Assembly (NCBI GenBank): GCA_030765555.1
Contig: JAVCCI010000027.1
Span: forward strand, 1-42,295
Source: Candidatus Kappaea frigidicola
Lineage (GTDB): Bacteria; Omnitrophota; Gorgyraeia; JAGLLT01
Direction of reading: 5' to 3'
Length of the DNA stretch: 42,295 nucleotides
Shown here: positions 30,488 to 40,823 of the stretch, piece by piece
How positions within the stretch are numbered: position 1 is the first letter of the stretch
Layout: the number at the start of each line of letters is the position of its first letter
Notes under the pieces: model-generated
What the model was told of the DNA's origin: nothing
The model's database searches: none
Seen by the model: the letters and a program-made list of their open reading frames with translations, nothing else
Position numbers and translations under genes: made by a program

Positions 30488-30712
30488 TGAGACCCCGACT
30501 TATGGAGCGAAGTGAAGATAAGTCATTTGGTCGAACTTATCCCGAAGATAGTGCTTCTATGAGGAAACTTCATTCGGGATTAATTCGCACATATCCCCTG
30601 TACATTCTTTCTTGATGAAAGAATGGGGATTCCCTGAAAATCACAGGGACTAAAAAGAGTAATTCGCACATATAATTTATGTCATCTTTTGACTGTCATA
30701 AATTATATGTGC
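30488..30712. repeat. Cluster of five hairpins including a family-2 repeat copy
   Basis: Inverted repeats at 30497-30524, 30539-30580, 30603-30625, 30631-30649 and a perfect 16-bp pair 30666-30681/30697-30712; 14-bp direct repeat at 30581 and 30660. Confidence 0.85.
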
Positions 30713-30733
30713 TCATTAAAAGGAGAACGTTTG

Positions 30734-31249
30734 ATGCGGCTTATAATTACTGGAAGACATTTTGATGTTACCGAGGGAATAAAGAATCACATAGAAGATA
30801 AAATAGAGAAGTTCGAAAAATATCTTAAGAAAATAATGGAGATACATGTCATCTTAAGCATTGAACATGAAAGACAGATGGCCGAAATTATTTTAAGTGG
30901 TTCTGAAATTAAATTACTTGGGAAAGAAGAATCTGGAGATATGTATTCTTCAATTGATGCTGCAGCAAATAAGATTGAACATCAGTTGAGAGATCGCAAA
31001 GAAAGGCTAAAGCATCACAAAAGAAAACCTTTCAAAGAAGACGAGAAGTTATTCGAAGATGAAGAGCAAATTCCGCTAATTATTGAAGATAAAAGAATTC
31101 TTGATAAACCCATGAGTCCGCAAGAAGCTATGCTTGAGCTTGACGTTCAGGGGTTGGAATTCATGGTTTTTAAAGATAGCAATGATAACACTAGGAAAAT
31201 AATTTATAAAAGACGTGATAACAATTATGGGCTAATTATTACCGAATAA
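30734..31249 (+). CDS. hpf: Ribosome hibernation factor (long HPF/RaiA)
   Basis: MRLIITGRH, DMYSSID, KPMSPQEA, IYKRRDNNYGLI; AGGAG SD at 30721. Confidence 0.95.
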   Translation: MRLIITGRHFDVTEGIKNHIEDKIEKFEKYLKKIMEIHVILSIEHERQMAEIILSGSEIKLLGKEESGDMYSSIDAAANKIEHQLRDRKERLKHHKRKPFKEDEKLFEDEEQIPLIIEDKRILDKPMSPQEAMLELDVQGLEFMVFKDSNDNTRKIIYKRRDNNYGLIITE

Positions 31250-31267
31250 GTTCAAGGAGGAGTTTTA

Positions 31268-31732
31268 ATGAAAATTTTTGATTTTTTAGATCAAAAGGCA
31301 GTGAGTGCGAATTTGAAATCAACAGACAAAGGAACCGTCATAGATGAGCTTGTAAATCTGTTAGTTGCCAGTGGCAAGGTGAAAAATGCTGATGGAATGG
31401 TTAAGATACTTTTGGAAAGGGAGTCTCTGGGATCTACTGGTATCGGTCAGGGTATTGCTATTCCGCACGGCAAATCATCAAAGATTTCACAGATGATAGG
31501 AGCCATAGGTATTTCAAAAAATGGTGTAGATTTTGAAGCTCTGGATGGTGAATCAGTTTATATATTCGTTTTACTTTTAGCTCCCGCTGATTCAGCAGGA
31601 CCTCATTTAAAAGCATTGGCAAGAATATCACGATTGCTGAAAGATAAATATTTTAGAGATTCTTTGAAAAATGCGACGAGTGAAGAGAACCTTCTTGAGA
31701 TAATCAAGCGTGAAGATGAAGTTAAGGAATAA
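31268..31732 (+). CDS. ptsN: PTS IIA component (fructose/nitrogen-regulatory type)
   Basis: RESLGSTGIGQGIAIPHG, HLKALARISR. Confidence 0.9.
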   Translation: MKIFDFLDQKAVSANLKSTDKGTVIDELVNLLVASGKVKNADGMVKILLERESLGSTGIGQGIAIPHGKSSKISQMIGAIGISKNGVDFEALDGESVYIFVLLLAPADSAGPHLKALARISRLLKDKYFRDSLKNATSEENLLEIIKREDEVKE

Positions 31733-31750
31733 TTACTGGACTAAACTATT

Positions 31751-33001
31751 ATGAATAAACTTAAATGGTTGCTTCCTGGTATGGGTATTAAGCGTTGGAT
31801 AATGCTATGCGTTGCAGGCATTAGTTTATTGGCTTTGGGCGCGTTTCTTTTAGGTAGCTTCGAGATGGGAACCGGAAATTTATTTTTTCCTGTTTTAGGA
31901 GTTGTCATACTATTAGGTGGTGTTTATTTTTTAATTGTCGGTGTTAAAGAATTAATTAGATTTATTTTAAGTATTCTCTTGCCTCAAAGGGAATCAGAAC
32001 TTGTTGATATTGTTTATACTAAACAGCATTTGTCTAAAGGCCCTAATATAGTAGCTATTGGTGGAGGAACGGGCCTATCAGTATTGCTGCACGGACTTAA
32101 AAATTATACGAGTAATATAAGCGCTATAGTAACCGTTGCTGATGATGGAGGATCTTCTGGAAGACTTCGTAAGGAATTTGATATGCTGCCACCTGGAGAT
32201 ATAAGGGATTGTTTGGTAGCACTGGCTGATACAGAACCGTTAATGCGTGATTTATTTCAATTTCGTTTTGAAGAAGGGTCTCCTTTGAGTGGTCACAATT
32301 TTGGTAATCTTTTGATCACTGCAATGACAAAATTGACGGGAGATTTTGAAAAAGCTATTAAAGCTTCAAGTAAAGTTTTAGCTATTAGAGGACAGGTGAT
32401 ACCTTCTACCTTGCAAAAGGTTACTCTTGTAGCCAAACATAAGAATGGTAAAACAACCAGAGGTGAAACTAATATAACCGAGACTGATCAAAAGATAGAC
32501 AAAGTTTATTTAGAGCCAGAAAATTGTGAAGCAACGAAGGATGCAATAGATGCTATCTTAAAAGCTGACGCAGTTATACTTGGACCCGGGAGCCTTTATA
32601 CAAGCATATTGCCTAATCTTTTAATTGGAGATATTAAGAAGGCTGTGCGTGAGTCTAAGGCAACTAAAATTTATGCTTGCAATGTTATGACCCAGTCGCA
32701 TGAGACAGATGCATGTTCAGCCAGTGAGCATGTAAAGGCAATTACAAGCCACGCGGGAGATGACATAATTGATTATGTAATTGTGAATAAGCAAAAGATA
32801 CCTGGTGAATTTCTTGAAAAGTATAAAAAGGAAAATGCCTACCCTGTTAATAATGATAGTGATGTTATAAGAGGTTTAGGCTATACAGTAATTGAAGAAA
32901 ATGTAATTAACACCGTTGATCACGTAAGGCATAATTCTGAGAAATTAACAGAAATTGTAATTAATCTTATAAGTGATATAAAGATATTTAAGGATATTTA
33001 G
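31751..33001 (+). CDS. yvcK: YvcK/GlmR family protein with N-terminal transmembrane helices
   Basis: IGGGTG, VADDGGSSGRLR, PPGDIR, GHNFGNL, GPGSLYTS. Confidence 0.93.
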   Translation: MNKLKWLLPGMGIKRWIMLCVAGISLLALGAFLLGSFEMGTGNLFFPVLGVVILLGGVYFLIVGVKELIRFILSILLPQRESELVDIVYTKQHLSKGPNIVAIGGGTGLSVLLHGLKNYTSNISAIVTVADDGGSSGRLRKEFDMLPPGDIRDCLVALADTEPLMRDLFQFRFEEGSPLSGHNFGNLLITAMTKLTGDFEKAIKASSKVLAIRGQVIPSTLQKVTLVAKHKNGKTTRGETNITETDQKIDKVYLEPENCEATKDAIDAILKADAVILGPGSLYTSILPNLLIGDIKKAVRESKATKIYACNVMTQSHETDACSASEHVKAITSHAGDDIIDYVIVNKQKIPGEFLEKYKKENAYPVNNDSDVIRGLGYTVIEENVINTVDHVRHNSEKLTEIVINLISDIKIFKDI

Positions 33002-33002
33002 G

Positions 33003-33263
33003 ATGCATCTACAAAAAAAAATTAAAATAAATAATGCAAGTGGATTACATGCGAGACCGGCTGCTTTGTTTGTGCAAATAGCAAATAAATATGATAGTGA
33101 AGTCATTATAAAAAAAGGTATTCAAGAAGTAAATGGTAAATCCATAATGGGAATAATGATGCTTGCTGCTGAGTGCGGAAGTCAAATAATTTTGCAAGTT
33201 GAAGGAGATGACGCCCAGGAAGCCATAGAAGAACTTGAAGATTTTTTAAACAAGGAAACTTAA
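33003..33263 (+). CDS. ptsH: Phosphocarrier protein HPr
   Basis: GLHARPAA and GKSIMG motifs. Confidence 0.97.
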   Translation: MHLQKKIKINNASGLHARPAALFVQIANKYDSEVIIKKGIQEVNGKSIMGIMMLAAECGSQIILQVEGDDAQEAIEELEDFLNKET

Positions 33264-33285
33264 TAAATATTTCAGAGGTTAAAAT

Positions 33286-35037
33286 ATGATTTTAAAAGGT
33301 ATAGCAGCTTCACCTGGTTTAGTAATTGGCAAGGCCTATTTAGTAGGTGACGAGAATGTAGCTGTTCCTAAAAGGAAAGTTCCTAAGGAAGAGTTGCCAC
33401 TTGAAATAGCTAGATTTGAAGAAGCTCTTATAAAAACACGTTCAGAAATAATTGAAATAAAGAATAAGATAATAGAAGAGCTCGGCCATGAGCACGGTGA
33501 AATTTTTGATGCTCATTTATTAGTTTTAGAAGACAGGGCTTTAATTGAGGAGGTTATTTCATATTTAAAGAAAGATCGATATTCAGTGGAATATGCATTT
33601 TCGCAAGTTTTAGAAAGATATATAAGTGCATTTATTAAAATTGATGATGAATATTTAAGAGAACGCCTAAGTGATATTCAAGATGTGGGTCGTAGAATTC
33701 TTCATAATTTATTAGGAGGCCATCAGGCTTTACTCAAGGATTTAAGGGATGAAGTGGTGCTTGTAGCTTATGATTTATCTCCTAGTGATACTGCTTCAAT
33801 GCCTAGAGATAAAATATTAGCCTTTGTAACTGATATTGGAGGTAGAACTTCACACACGGCTATTATGGCACGCTCTTTAGAAATTCCGGCTGTTATAGGT
33901 ATTGAGACAGCCACAAAGGATATTAGAAATGGCGATATTATAATTGTTGATGGTAGCGACGGATTGGTTTATGTTAATCCGGATAAAGATATCATGCAGA
34001 GATATAAGAAAAGCCAAAAAAAGCGGACGGCTTTAACAAGAGAATTAGTTAAAATAAAAGATTTGCCAGCTGAGACAAAAGATGGGTACAGGATTCAGCT
34101 TTCGGCTAACATTGAATTTCCAGAAGAAATAGCTTCGGTACAGGCTCATGGTGCCCATGGAATTGGACTCTATAGAACAGAGTATTTCTATATGAATCGA
34201 GCTGGTCTACCCACTGAGGACGAGCATTTCGAAGCTTACAAAAAAGTAGCCGAGAGAATGAAGCCAGAAATGGTTATAATTAGAACCATGGATTTAGGGG
34301 GAGATAAGTTTATTTCGCAGTTAGAAATTCCCAGAGAAATGAATCCTTTTTTAGGTTGGAGAGCTATAAGATTTTGTTTAGCTCGGCCCGAGTTATTTAA
34401 AATTCAGTTACGAGCTATACTAAGAGCCAGTGTTTTTGGTAATTTAATGTTGATGTATCCCATGATATCTGGAGTTGAGGAAATCAAGGAAGCTAACAAA
34501 ATTCTAAAAAGTTGCAAAAGAGAGCTTGAAAAAGAGAATGTAAATTTTAATAAAGACTTAAAAGTAGGAGCTATGATTGAGATTCCTTCAGCTGCTTTAA
34601 CTGCTGATGTATTAGCTGAGGAAGTAGATTTCTTTTCAATTGGAACCAATGATCTTATTCAATATTCCATGGCGGTTGATAGGTCGAATGAAAAAATAGC
34701 TTATTTGTATAATCCAGCTCATCCAGCAGTATTAAGGCTTATTCGGAATGTTATTAATGCTGGGCATCAAAAAGGTATCTGGGTGGGAATGTGCGGTGAA
34801 ATGGCCGCTGATCCTGCGATGGCTTTACTTTTGGTTGGTATGGGGCTGGACGAGTTTAGTGTTTCTTCTATTAGCGTGCCTACTGTAAAGAAAATAATTC
34901 GTTCCATTAGCCTTAAAGAAGCTCAGGATATAGCAAAGCAAGCTTTAAAGCTAACATCAGGTGATAAGATAAGAACTTTTCTCAATGATAAGGCGAAAGA
35001 AATAATTCCGGAATTATTATCTCTAAAGGATAAATAA
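33286..35037 (+). CDS. ptsI: PEP-protein phosphotransferase (Enzyme I)
   Basis: GGRTSHTAIMARS, GLYRTE, NPFLGWRAIR, SIGTNDL, CGE. Confidence 0.98.
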   Translation: MILKGIAASPGLVIGKAYLVGDENVAVPKRKVPKEELPLEIARFEEALIKTRSEIIEIKNKIIEELGHEHGEIFDAHLLVLEDRALIEEVISYLKKDRYSVEYAFSQVLERYISAFIKIDDEYLRERLSDIQDVGRRILHNLLGGHQALLKDLRDEVVLVAYDLSPSDTASMPRDKILAFVTDIGGRTSHTAIMARSLEIPAVIGIETATKDIRNGDIIIVDGSDGLVYVNPDKDIMQRYKKSQKKRTALTRELVKIKDLPAETKDGYRIQLSANIEFPEEIASVQAHGAHGIGLYRTEYFYMNRAGLPTEDEHFEAYKKVAERMKPEMVIIRTMDLGGDKFISQLEIPREMNPFLGWRAIRFCLARPELFKIQLRAILRASVFGNLMLMYPMISGVEEIKEANKILKSCKRELEKENVNFNKDLKVGAMIEIPSAALTADVLAEEVDFFSIGTNDLIQYSMAVDRSNEKIAYLYNPAHPAVLRLIRNVINAGHQKGIWVGMCGEMAADPAMALLLVGMGLDEFSVSSISVPTVKKIIRSISLKEAQDIAKQALKLTSGDKIRTFLNDKAKEIIPELLSLKDK

Positions 35038-36110
35038 TGAGTAAAGATCTCGATAAATTAAAAAATATTAAAAAATATGATCAAAATGATATGGCTTCGA
35101 TTTTAGAAGCTTTCGCTTTGCAGTGTCAGGAAGCTTTAGCTATTGCAGATAAAGTAATTATGCCAATTGCTTATCAAAAGAAAAAATTTGAAAATATCGT
35201 ATTTTGTGGTATGGGGGGCTCAGCCATTGGAGCTGCTTTAATAAAGGATATTTTAAGACATGAATTAAATATACCTATGTTTGTGTGTCAGCAGTATACC
35301 CTGCAAGCTTTTGTGAATAAAGCATCTTTGATTGTTATCTCAAGTTATTCAGGTAATACTGAGGAGACGGTGTCGTGTTTTAATGATGCGCTGAAAAGAA
35401 AAGCACCTATGATTGTGATTTCTTCGGGAGGCAAATTAGAAGGCTTAGCAAAGAAACACAGGATGCCTTTTTTAAAAATTCACGGTGATTATCCGCCTAG
35501 ATGTGCTTTGGGTTTTTCTTTTTTCTGCGGGCTCAAAATTTTAAGTAAGTTAAAACTTATAGGAAATATGTCTAAGGATATTTCTGAAACTGTTAAAATA
35601 CTTGATGATTTAGGAGTATTAATGGTACCAGCAGTTAAAATAGGACATAATGAGCCTAAAAAAATTGCTCAGATGCTAATGAATAGGTTCATTGTTATTT
35701 ATTCTTCATCAGAGTTCAGCGAAGCTGTTTCTGTACGTTTTAAAGGACAATTAGCTGAAAACAGTAAAACTTTTTCATCTGTTAATTTTATACCTGAATT
35801 AAATCATAATGAAATTGAAGGATGGAATAAACCAGCAGCAATGTTAAAAAATACGGCTGTAATTTTTTTAGAAGACCGTAATGAATTAAAAAAAATAAGA
35901 TGTAGATTCAGAGCGACGAAAAAAACCATTAAACCTACGGGATGCAAAATTATTACATTGGTGGCTACTGGAAAAAGTAAAATGGCCAAAATTTTTAGCT
36001 TAATTTATTTTTGTGATTGGGTAAGTTATTATTTAGCTATTATAAATAATGTTGATCCGTATCCAGTAAAAAGGATTGAGAAGCTTAAAAAAGATCTTAC
36101 AAGGAGCTAA
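35037..36110 (+). CDS. Bifunctional phosphoglucose/phosphomannose isomerase (SIS family)
   Basis: GMGGSAIG, SSYSGNTEET, ENSK, PELNHNE. Confidence 0.92.
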   Translation: MSKDLDKLKNIKKYDQNDMASILEAFALQCQEALAIADKVIMPIAYQKKKFENIVFCGMGGSAIGAALIKDILRHELNIPMFVCQQYTLQAFVNKASLIVISSYSGNTEETVSCFNDALKRKAPMIVISSGGKLEGLAKKHRMPFLKIHGDYPPRCALGFSFFCGLKILSKLKLIGNMSKDISETVKILDDLGVLMVPAVKIGHNEPKKIAQMLMNRFIVIYSSSEFSEAVSVRFKGQLAENSKTFSSVNFIPELNHNEIEGWNKPAAMLKNTAVIFLEDRNELKKIRCRFRATKKTIKPTGCKIITLVATGKSKMAKIFSLIYFCDWVSYYLAIINNVDPYPVKRIEKLKKDLTRS

Positions 36111-36113
36111 TTT

Positions 36114-36854
36114 ATGAAGGGAATTATTCTTGCCGCGGGCTACGCTACAAGGTTGTATCCATTAACAAAAGATAAGTCTAAACCACTTTTGCCTGTACAG
36201 GAGAAACCTATAATAGATTATATACTGAAAAAAATGGAAGGCCTGACAGACTTAGATAAAGTTTATGTTGTTACGAATAATAAGTTTTATAATGGTTATG
36301 TGGAGTGGTCAACTAATAGCCCCTTTTCCAAAGAGATAGTTATTGTTAATGATAACACATTGGAAGATGAAACAAAATTAGGTGCTATTGGGGATATAGA
36401 TTATGTTATGAAATCACAAGGCATTGATGATGATGTCCTGATTATTGCCGGTGATAATCTTTTTAATTTTAATATTGAGTCTTTCATTAAAAAAGGTTAC
36501 AATGTAAAACCGTCTGCTTCTATGGGAGTTTACGATATTAAGGATATTAAGGCAGCACATCTTTATGGAATTGTGGCTTTGGATGAGAACGGCTTAATAA
36601 TAGAATTTCAAGAGAAGCCAGATGAGCCAAAAAGCACATTGGCAGCCGTAGGTATTTATTTTTTACCAAAAGATATAGCCCGGCTGATAACTGATTACTT
36701 ATCTGAAGGTAATAGTTCAGATCAACCGGGTCACTTCATGACTTGGTTATCTAAGCAAGGTAAGTTGTATGGATTTGAGTTAGTTGGCGATTGGTATGAT
36801 ATTGGTAGTATAGAATCTTATAATAAAGCGAATGAATCTTACAAGGAGGGTTAA
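36114..36854 (+). CDS. Sugar-phosphate nucleotidyltransferase family protein
   Basis: [28 protein letters not shown]. Confidence 0.9.
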   Translation: MKGIILAAGYATRLYPLTKDKSKPLLPVQEKPIIDYILKKMEGLTDLDKVYVVTNNKFYNGYVEWSTNSPFSKEIVIVNDNTLEDETKLGAIGDIDYVMKSQGIDDDVLIIAGDNLFNFNIESFIKKGYNVKPSASMGVYDIKDIKAAHLYGIVALDENGLIIEFQEKPDEPKSTLAAVGIYFLPKDIARLITDYLSEGNSSDQPGHFMTWLSKQGKLYGFELVGDWYDIGSIESYNKANESYKEG

Positions 36855-36856
36855 TC

Positions 36857-38023
36857 GTGCTTAAAAAGGATCCACATTTTTTCACATCAGAATCAGTTAC
36901 GGAAGGACATCCAGATAAGGTAGCTGATCAGATATCAGACGGAGTTCTTGATGCCATTTTTACAGAAGACCCGGATGGTAGAGTTGCCTGTGAAACCTTG
37001 GTAACTACTGGAATAGCTTTTGTGGCTGGTGAAATAACAACAAATTGCTATGTAGATGTTCCTACTGTAGTAAGGCAAACTTTAAAGGAAATAGGTTATA
37101 CCGAACCAGAGTATGGATATGATTACAAGACCATTGGTGTTATTACTGCTATTCAAGCACAGTCAAAAGATATAGCTATGGGAGTTGATACTGGTGGTGC
37201 TGGTGATCAGGGTATGATGTTTGGCTATGCTACAAATGAGACCAAAGAATTGATGCCAATGCCTATTTTGCTTGCCCACAAGCTAACTAGGGAGTTAAGC
37301 AGAGTTAGAAAAGAAAAAAAGGTAAATTATCTTAGGCCTGATGGTAAGTCTCAGGTTACTATAGAATATGATAATGCGAAACCTAAAAGAGTTGAGGCTG
37401 TTGTTTTGAGTGCTCACCATTCTCCAAAAGCAGATATAGAAATGATTAGGAAAGATCTTAAAAAAATAGTAATTGATAAGATAATTCCTGAAAACTTAAT
37501 AGATGCCAAGACAAAAATATATATTAATCCTACTGGTAGATTTGCAGTTGGAGGCCCTGTGGCCGACACTGGTTTAACTGGTAGAAAGATTATTGTTGAT
37601 ACTTATGGTGGTGTTGGAAGCCATGGTGGAGGCGCGTTTTCAGGTAAAGACCCAACGAAGGTTGATAGGTCGGCTTCATACTATGCCAGATATATAGCAA
37701 AGAATGTAGTAGCTGCTAAGTTGGCTGATAGGTGTGAAATCCAATTAGCTTATGCTATTGGTGTAGCTGAGCCAGTTTCTGTTATGATTAATACTTTTGG
37801 TACAGGCAAAATATCTGATGTTACTATAGGCAAGCTTGTACGTGAAAATTTTAATATGACACCAAGAGGCATTATCGAAGAATTACATCTAAGAAGACCC
37901 ATCTATAAGAAGACGGCAGCCTATGGACATTTCGGAAGAGAATGTGAAGACGGCTTTAATTGGGAAATAACTGATAAAGCAGATATTCTAAAAAAAAGTG
38001 CTAAACAATCATCAAAAGAATAG
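36857..38023 (+). CDS. metK: S-adenosylmethionine synthetase
   Basis: [35 protein letters not shown]. Confidence 0.98.
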   Translation: MLKKDPHFFTSESVTEGHPDKVADQISDGVLDAIFTEDPDGRVACETLVTTGIAFVAGEITTNCYVDVPTVVRQTLKEIGYTEPEYGYDYKTIGVITAIQAQSKDIAMGVDTGGAGDQGMMFGYATNETKELMPMPILLAHKLTRELSRVRKEKKVNYLRPDGKSQVTIEYDNAKPKRVEAVVLSAHHSPKADIEMIRKDLKKIVIDKIIPENLIDAKTKIYINPTGRFAVGGPVADTGLTGRKIIVDTYGGVGSHGGGAFSGKDPTKVDRSASYYARYIAKNVVAAKLADRCEIQLAYAIGVAEPVSVMINTFGTGKISDVTIGKLVRENFNMTPRGIIEELHLRRPIYKKTAAYGHFGRECEDGFNWEITDKADILKKSAKQSSKE

Positions 38024-38199
38024 GTTTAAGGATTAAGACGCTCACCAGTAATAAATTGATAACGAGCTTTAAGGATTAAGTTACAAGTAAAAGTTATACC
38101 CTTTTACCCTTTCGGGCACAAGCAAGACACAAGTCACAAACAAAAAGCAAAAGAACAAAAAAGTAAAAAAATAGAGTGAGAGAACGCGAATATTTTGAT
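38024..38199 (+). repeat. Heptamer-arm intergenic element, copy E (no T-rich right arm)
   Basis: GGATTAAGACGCTCAC...GAGCTTTAAGGATTAAG, ACAAG units, A-rich core, AGAGTGAGAGAACGCGAATATTTTGA end. Confidence 0.85.
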
Positions 38200-38245
38200 A
38201 TAAGAAGTGAAACAATGGGCATACTATATAACGAAGGGAATAGAT

Positions 38246-39502
38246 ATGAAGTATGATATCAAAGATATTAAACTTGCTAAAAAGGGGAAATTAAGGATTG
38301 AGTGGGCAGAAGAGCGCATGCCTGTATTGAAGTTAATTAGAAATAGATTTAAGAAAGAAAAGCCTCTTAAAGGCACAACGATTGCTTGTTGTCTGCATGT
38401 TACTACAGAAACAGCTAATTTAGCCATTACTTTAAAAGAGGGTGGTGCTAATGTATATGTTTGTGCTTCTAATCCTTTAAGTACTCAGGATGATGTAACG
38501 GCATCTTTGGTTAAGGATTATAAAATACCAACTTTTGCCATAACGGGAGAGGATAATAAGACATATTATTCACACATTAATGCTGTTTTAGATGTGAAAC
38601 CAAATATTACTATGGATGATGGTGCAGACCTTGTATCAACCATTCATAAAAAAAGACAGAATTTAGTTAAACATATTTTAGCTGGCACAGAAGAGACCAC
38701 AACAGGTGTTATTAGATTAAGAAGTTTGCAAGACACAGGTCTTTTAATGTTTCCTGTATTTGCTATTAATGATGCCCAAACAAAGCATTTTTTTGATAAT
38801 CGCTATGGAACTGGACAATCAACCATTGATGGCATTTTAAGAGCAACTAATGTTCTTTTATCAGGAACAAAATTTGTTGTTGGTGGATATGGTTGGTGTG
38901 GTAGGGGTGTTGCTATGCGAGCCGAAGGTATGGGCGCTAATGTTATTGTCTGTGAAGTAGACCCTCTAAAGGCTCTTGAAGCCTTAATGGACGGATATGA
39001 TGTTATGCCGATGGAGAAAGCAGCTCAAGTTGGAGATATTTTTCTCTCAACTACTGGAGATATGCATGTAATTGATGTGAAGCATTTTAAGAAAATGAAA
39101 GATGGTGCTATTGTTGCTAACTCAGGGCATTTTGATGTTGAAATTAATATACCTGGCTTGAAGAAAATAAGTAAAGCAAAAAGACGCATTAAAGAGTTTG
39201 TAGATGAATATACTCTTAGAAGTGGCAAGAGGATAAATATACTCGGAGAAGGTAGATTAATAAATCTAGCTGCAGCTGAAGGTCATCCGGCTAGTGTTAT
39301 GGATATGAGTTTTGCTAATCAGGCTCTAACTTCTGAGTTTATTAAAAAGAATTATAAAAAACTCAATAAGGAAGTTTATCGAGTACCAGTTAGAATCGAT
39401 GAAAATGTAGCCAAATTGAAGTTAAAAGCTATAGGTATTAAAATAGATACTCTTACTAAAGAACAAAGAGAATATTTGGCTTCATGGCACATAGGAACAT
39501 AA
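38246..39502 (+). CDS. ahcY: Adenosylhomocysteinase
   Basis: [45 protein letters not shown]; ATG 38246 preferred. Confidence 0.98.
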   Translation: MKYDIKDIKLAKKGKLRIEWAEERMPVLKLIRNRFKKEKPLKGTTIACCLHVTTETANLAITLKEGGANVYVCASNPLSTQDDVTASLVKDYKIPTFAITGEDNKTYYSHINAVLDVKPNITMDDGADLVSTIHKKRQNLVKHILAGTEETTTGVIRLRSLQDTGLLMFPVFAINDAQTKHFFDNRYGTGQSTIDGILRATNVLLSGTKFVVGGYGWCGRGVAMRAEGMGANVIVCEVDPLKALEALMDGYDVMPMEKAAQVGDIFLSTTGDMHVIDVKHFKKMKDGAIVANSGHFDVEINIPGLKKISKAKRRIKEFVDEYTLRSGKRINILGEGRLINLAAAEGHPASVMDMSFANQALTSEFIKKNYKKLNKEVYRVPVRIDENVAKLKLKAIGIKIDTLTKEQREYLASWHIGT

Positions 39503-39801
39503 AAAACAGGATTAAGGATTAAGGCGCTCACCATCGACAAGCTGACGGTGAGCTCTAAGGATTAAGTTAAAAACAAGAAATAAGATACAAGTTACAAGAA
39601 ACAAGATATACCCTAACGGGCACAGGCAAACAATTTCCAATAATCAATAATCAATCATCAAACAGTTTCTCTTGTTTGATTTTAACTTGGTTATTCGAAT
39701 TTGGTCATTGGTTATTATTTGGTTATTGTTTCTTGTCCCTTGGTTATTTTTTTATCCGCTAAACGCTAAAAAAATAGATTGAGCGAATGCGAACGTCTTA
39801 A
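39503..39801 (+). repeat. Heptamer-arm intergenic element, copy F (long imperfect hairpin, minimal loop)
   Basis: GGATTAA module, ACAAGAT and CAATAAT units, central ATCAAACA/TGTTTGAT, TTGGTYA units, GAGCGAATGCGAACGTCTTAA end. Confidence 0.88.
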
Positions 39802-39825
39802 TTTTTACTAAGGTATGGTGAAGCA

Positions 39826-40797
39826 ATGAGAAAAATAAAGAGGATAGGTGTTATTACAAGTGGCGGAGATTGCTCAGGGATGAATGCTGCTTTGCGCAGT
39901 GTTGTTCGTTGTGCTATTTATAATAATATTGAGGTTGTTGGTTTTTATAATGCTTATGCTGGTTTGATTAGGAATGAATGTATAAAAATGACACGTCGTT
40001 CAGTTAGTAATATAGTTGGTCGAGGAGGTACTATATTAAAAACTGAGAGATTTGAAAAATTCAGAGAAAAAAAGTGGCAAAAAAAAGCCGTTACTGTTCT
40101 TAAAAAGAATAAAATTGATGCCTTAGTTGTTATTGGAGGTAATGGTTCTTTTGCTGCTGCCCACACATTAAGTAAAGATTGGGGCATAAAAACCATAGGG
40201 ATACCAGCGACGATTGATAATGATGTGAATGGCTCAGATTATGCTGTGGGTACCTTTACAGCTGTAAATGTAGCCTTAGAAGCGATTGATAAAATTAGAG
40301 ATACGGCTACAAGTATGGAACGGATTTTTGTGGTAGAAATTATGGGGCGCAAAGAAGGTTATATTGCTTCTTTGGTGGGTTTGGCTGGGGGAGCTGAAGA
40401 CATTCTTTTACCAGAAATGCCTGTTCATTTAGATGAGATGTGTCAGGATATTAAGGATGGTCGCAAGAGAGGCAAAAAAAGTTGGATAATCGTTGTTGCT
40501 GAAGGAGCTGGTAAAGCTCATGATGTGGCTGATGCAATTTCTTTAAAAACTAATTTTGAGACTAGAGTAGTAGTGTTGGGTCATGTACAACGTGGTGGAG
40601 TCCCGAGTGCTTTTGATAGATCTTTGGCTTCTCGCTTTGGAGCTAAAGCTATAGAACTTCTTCTTGCAGGAAAAACAGACAAAACTACTGCAATTCAAGC
40701 CAACGAAATCATTTCAGTATCTCTGACAACCGCAATCAAACCAATCAAAAAAAATAATACAGAAATATATAAATTAACTCGTATTTTAGCTACCTAA
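39826..40797 (+). CDS. pfkA: ATP-dependent 6-phosphofructokinase
   Basis: TSGGD, GGNGS, PATIDND, EIMGR, LGHVQRGG. Confidence 0.95.
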   Translation: MRKIKRIGVITSGGDCSGMNAALRSVVRCAIYNNIEVVGFYNAYAGLIRNECIKMTRRSVSNIVGRGGTILKTERFEKFREKKWQKKAVTVLKKNKIDALVVIGGNGSFAAAHTLSKDWGIKTIGIPATIDNDVNGSDYAVGTFTAVNVALEAIDKIRDTATSMERIFVVEIMGRKEGYIASLVGLAGGAEDILLPEMPVHLDEMCQDIKDGRKRGKKSWIIVVAEGAGKAHDVADAISLKTNFETRVVVLGHVQRGGVPSAFDRSLASRFGAKAIELLLAGKTDKTTAIQANEIISVSLTTAIKPIKKNNTEIYKLTRILAT

Positions 40798-40823
40798 ATT
40801 TTTTAATAAAAAGGAGTTCTAAA

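Noticed and set aside
38024-38245. SAM/SAH riboswitch between metK and ahcY
   Set aside because: The spacer is accounted for by repeat copy E; no aptamer consensus recognised
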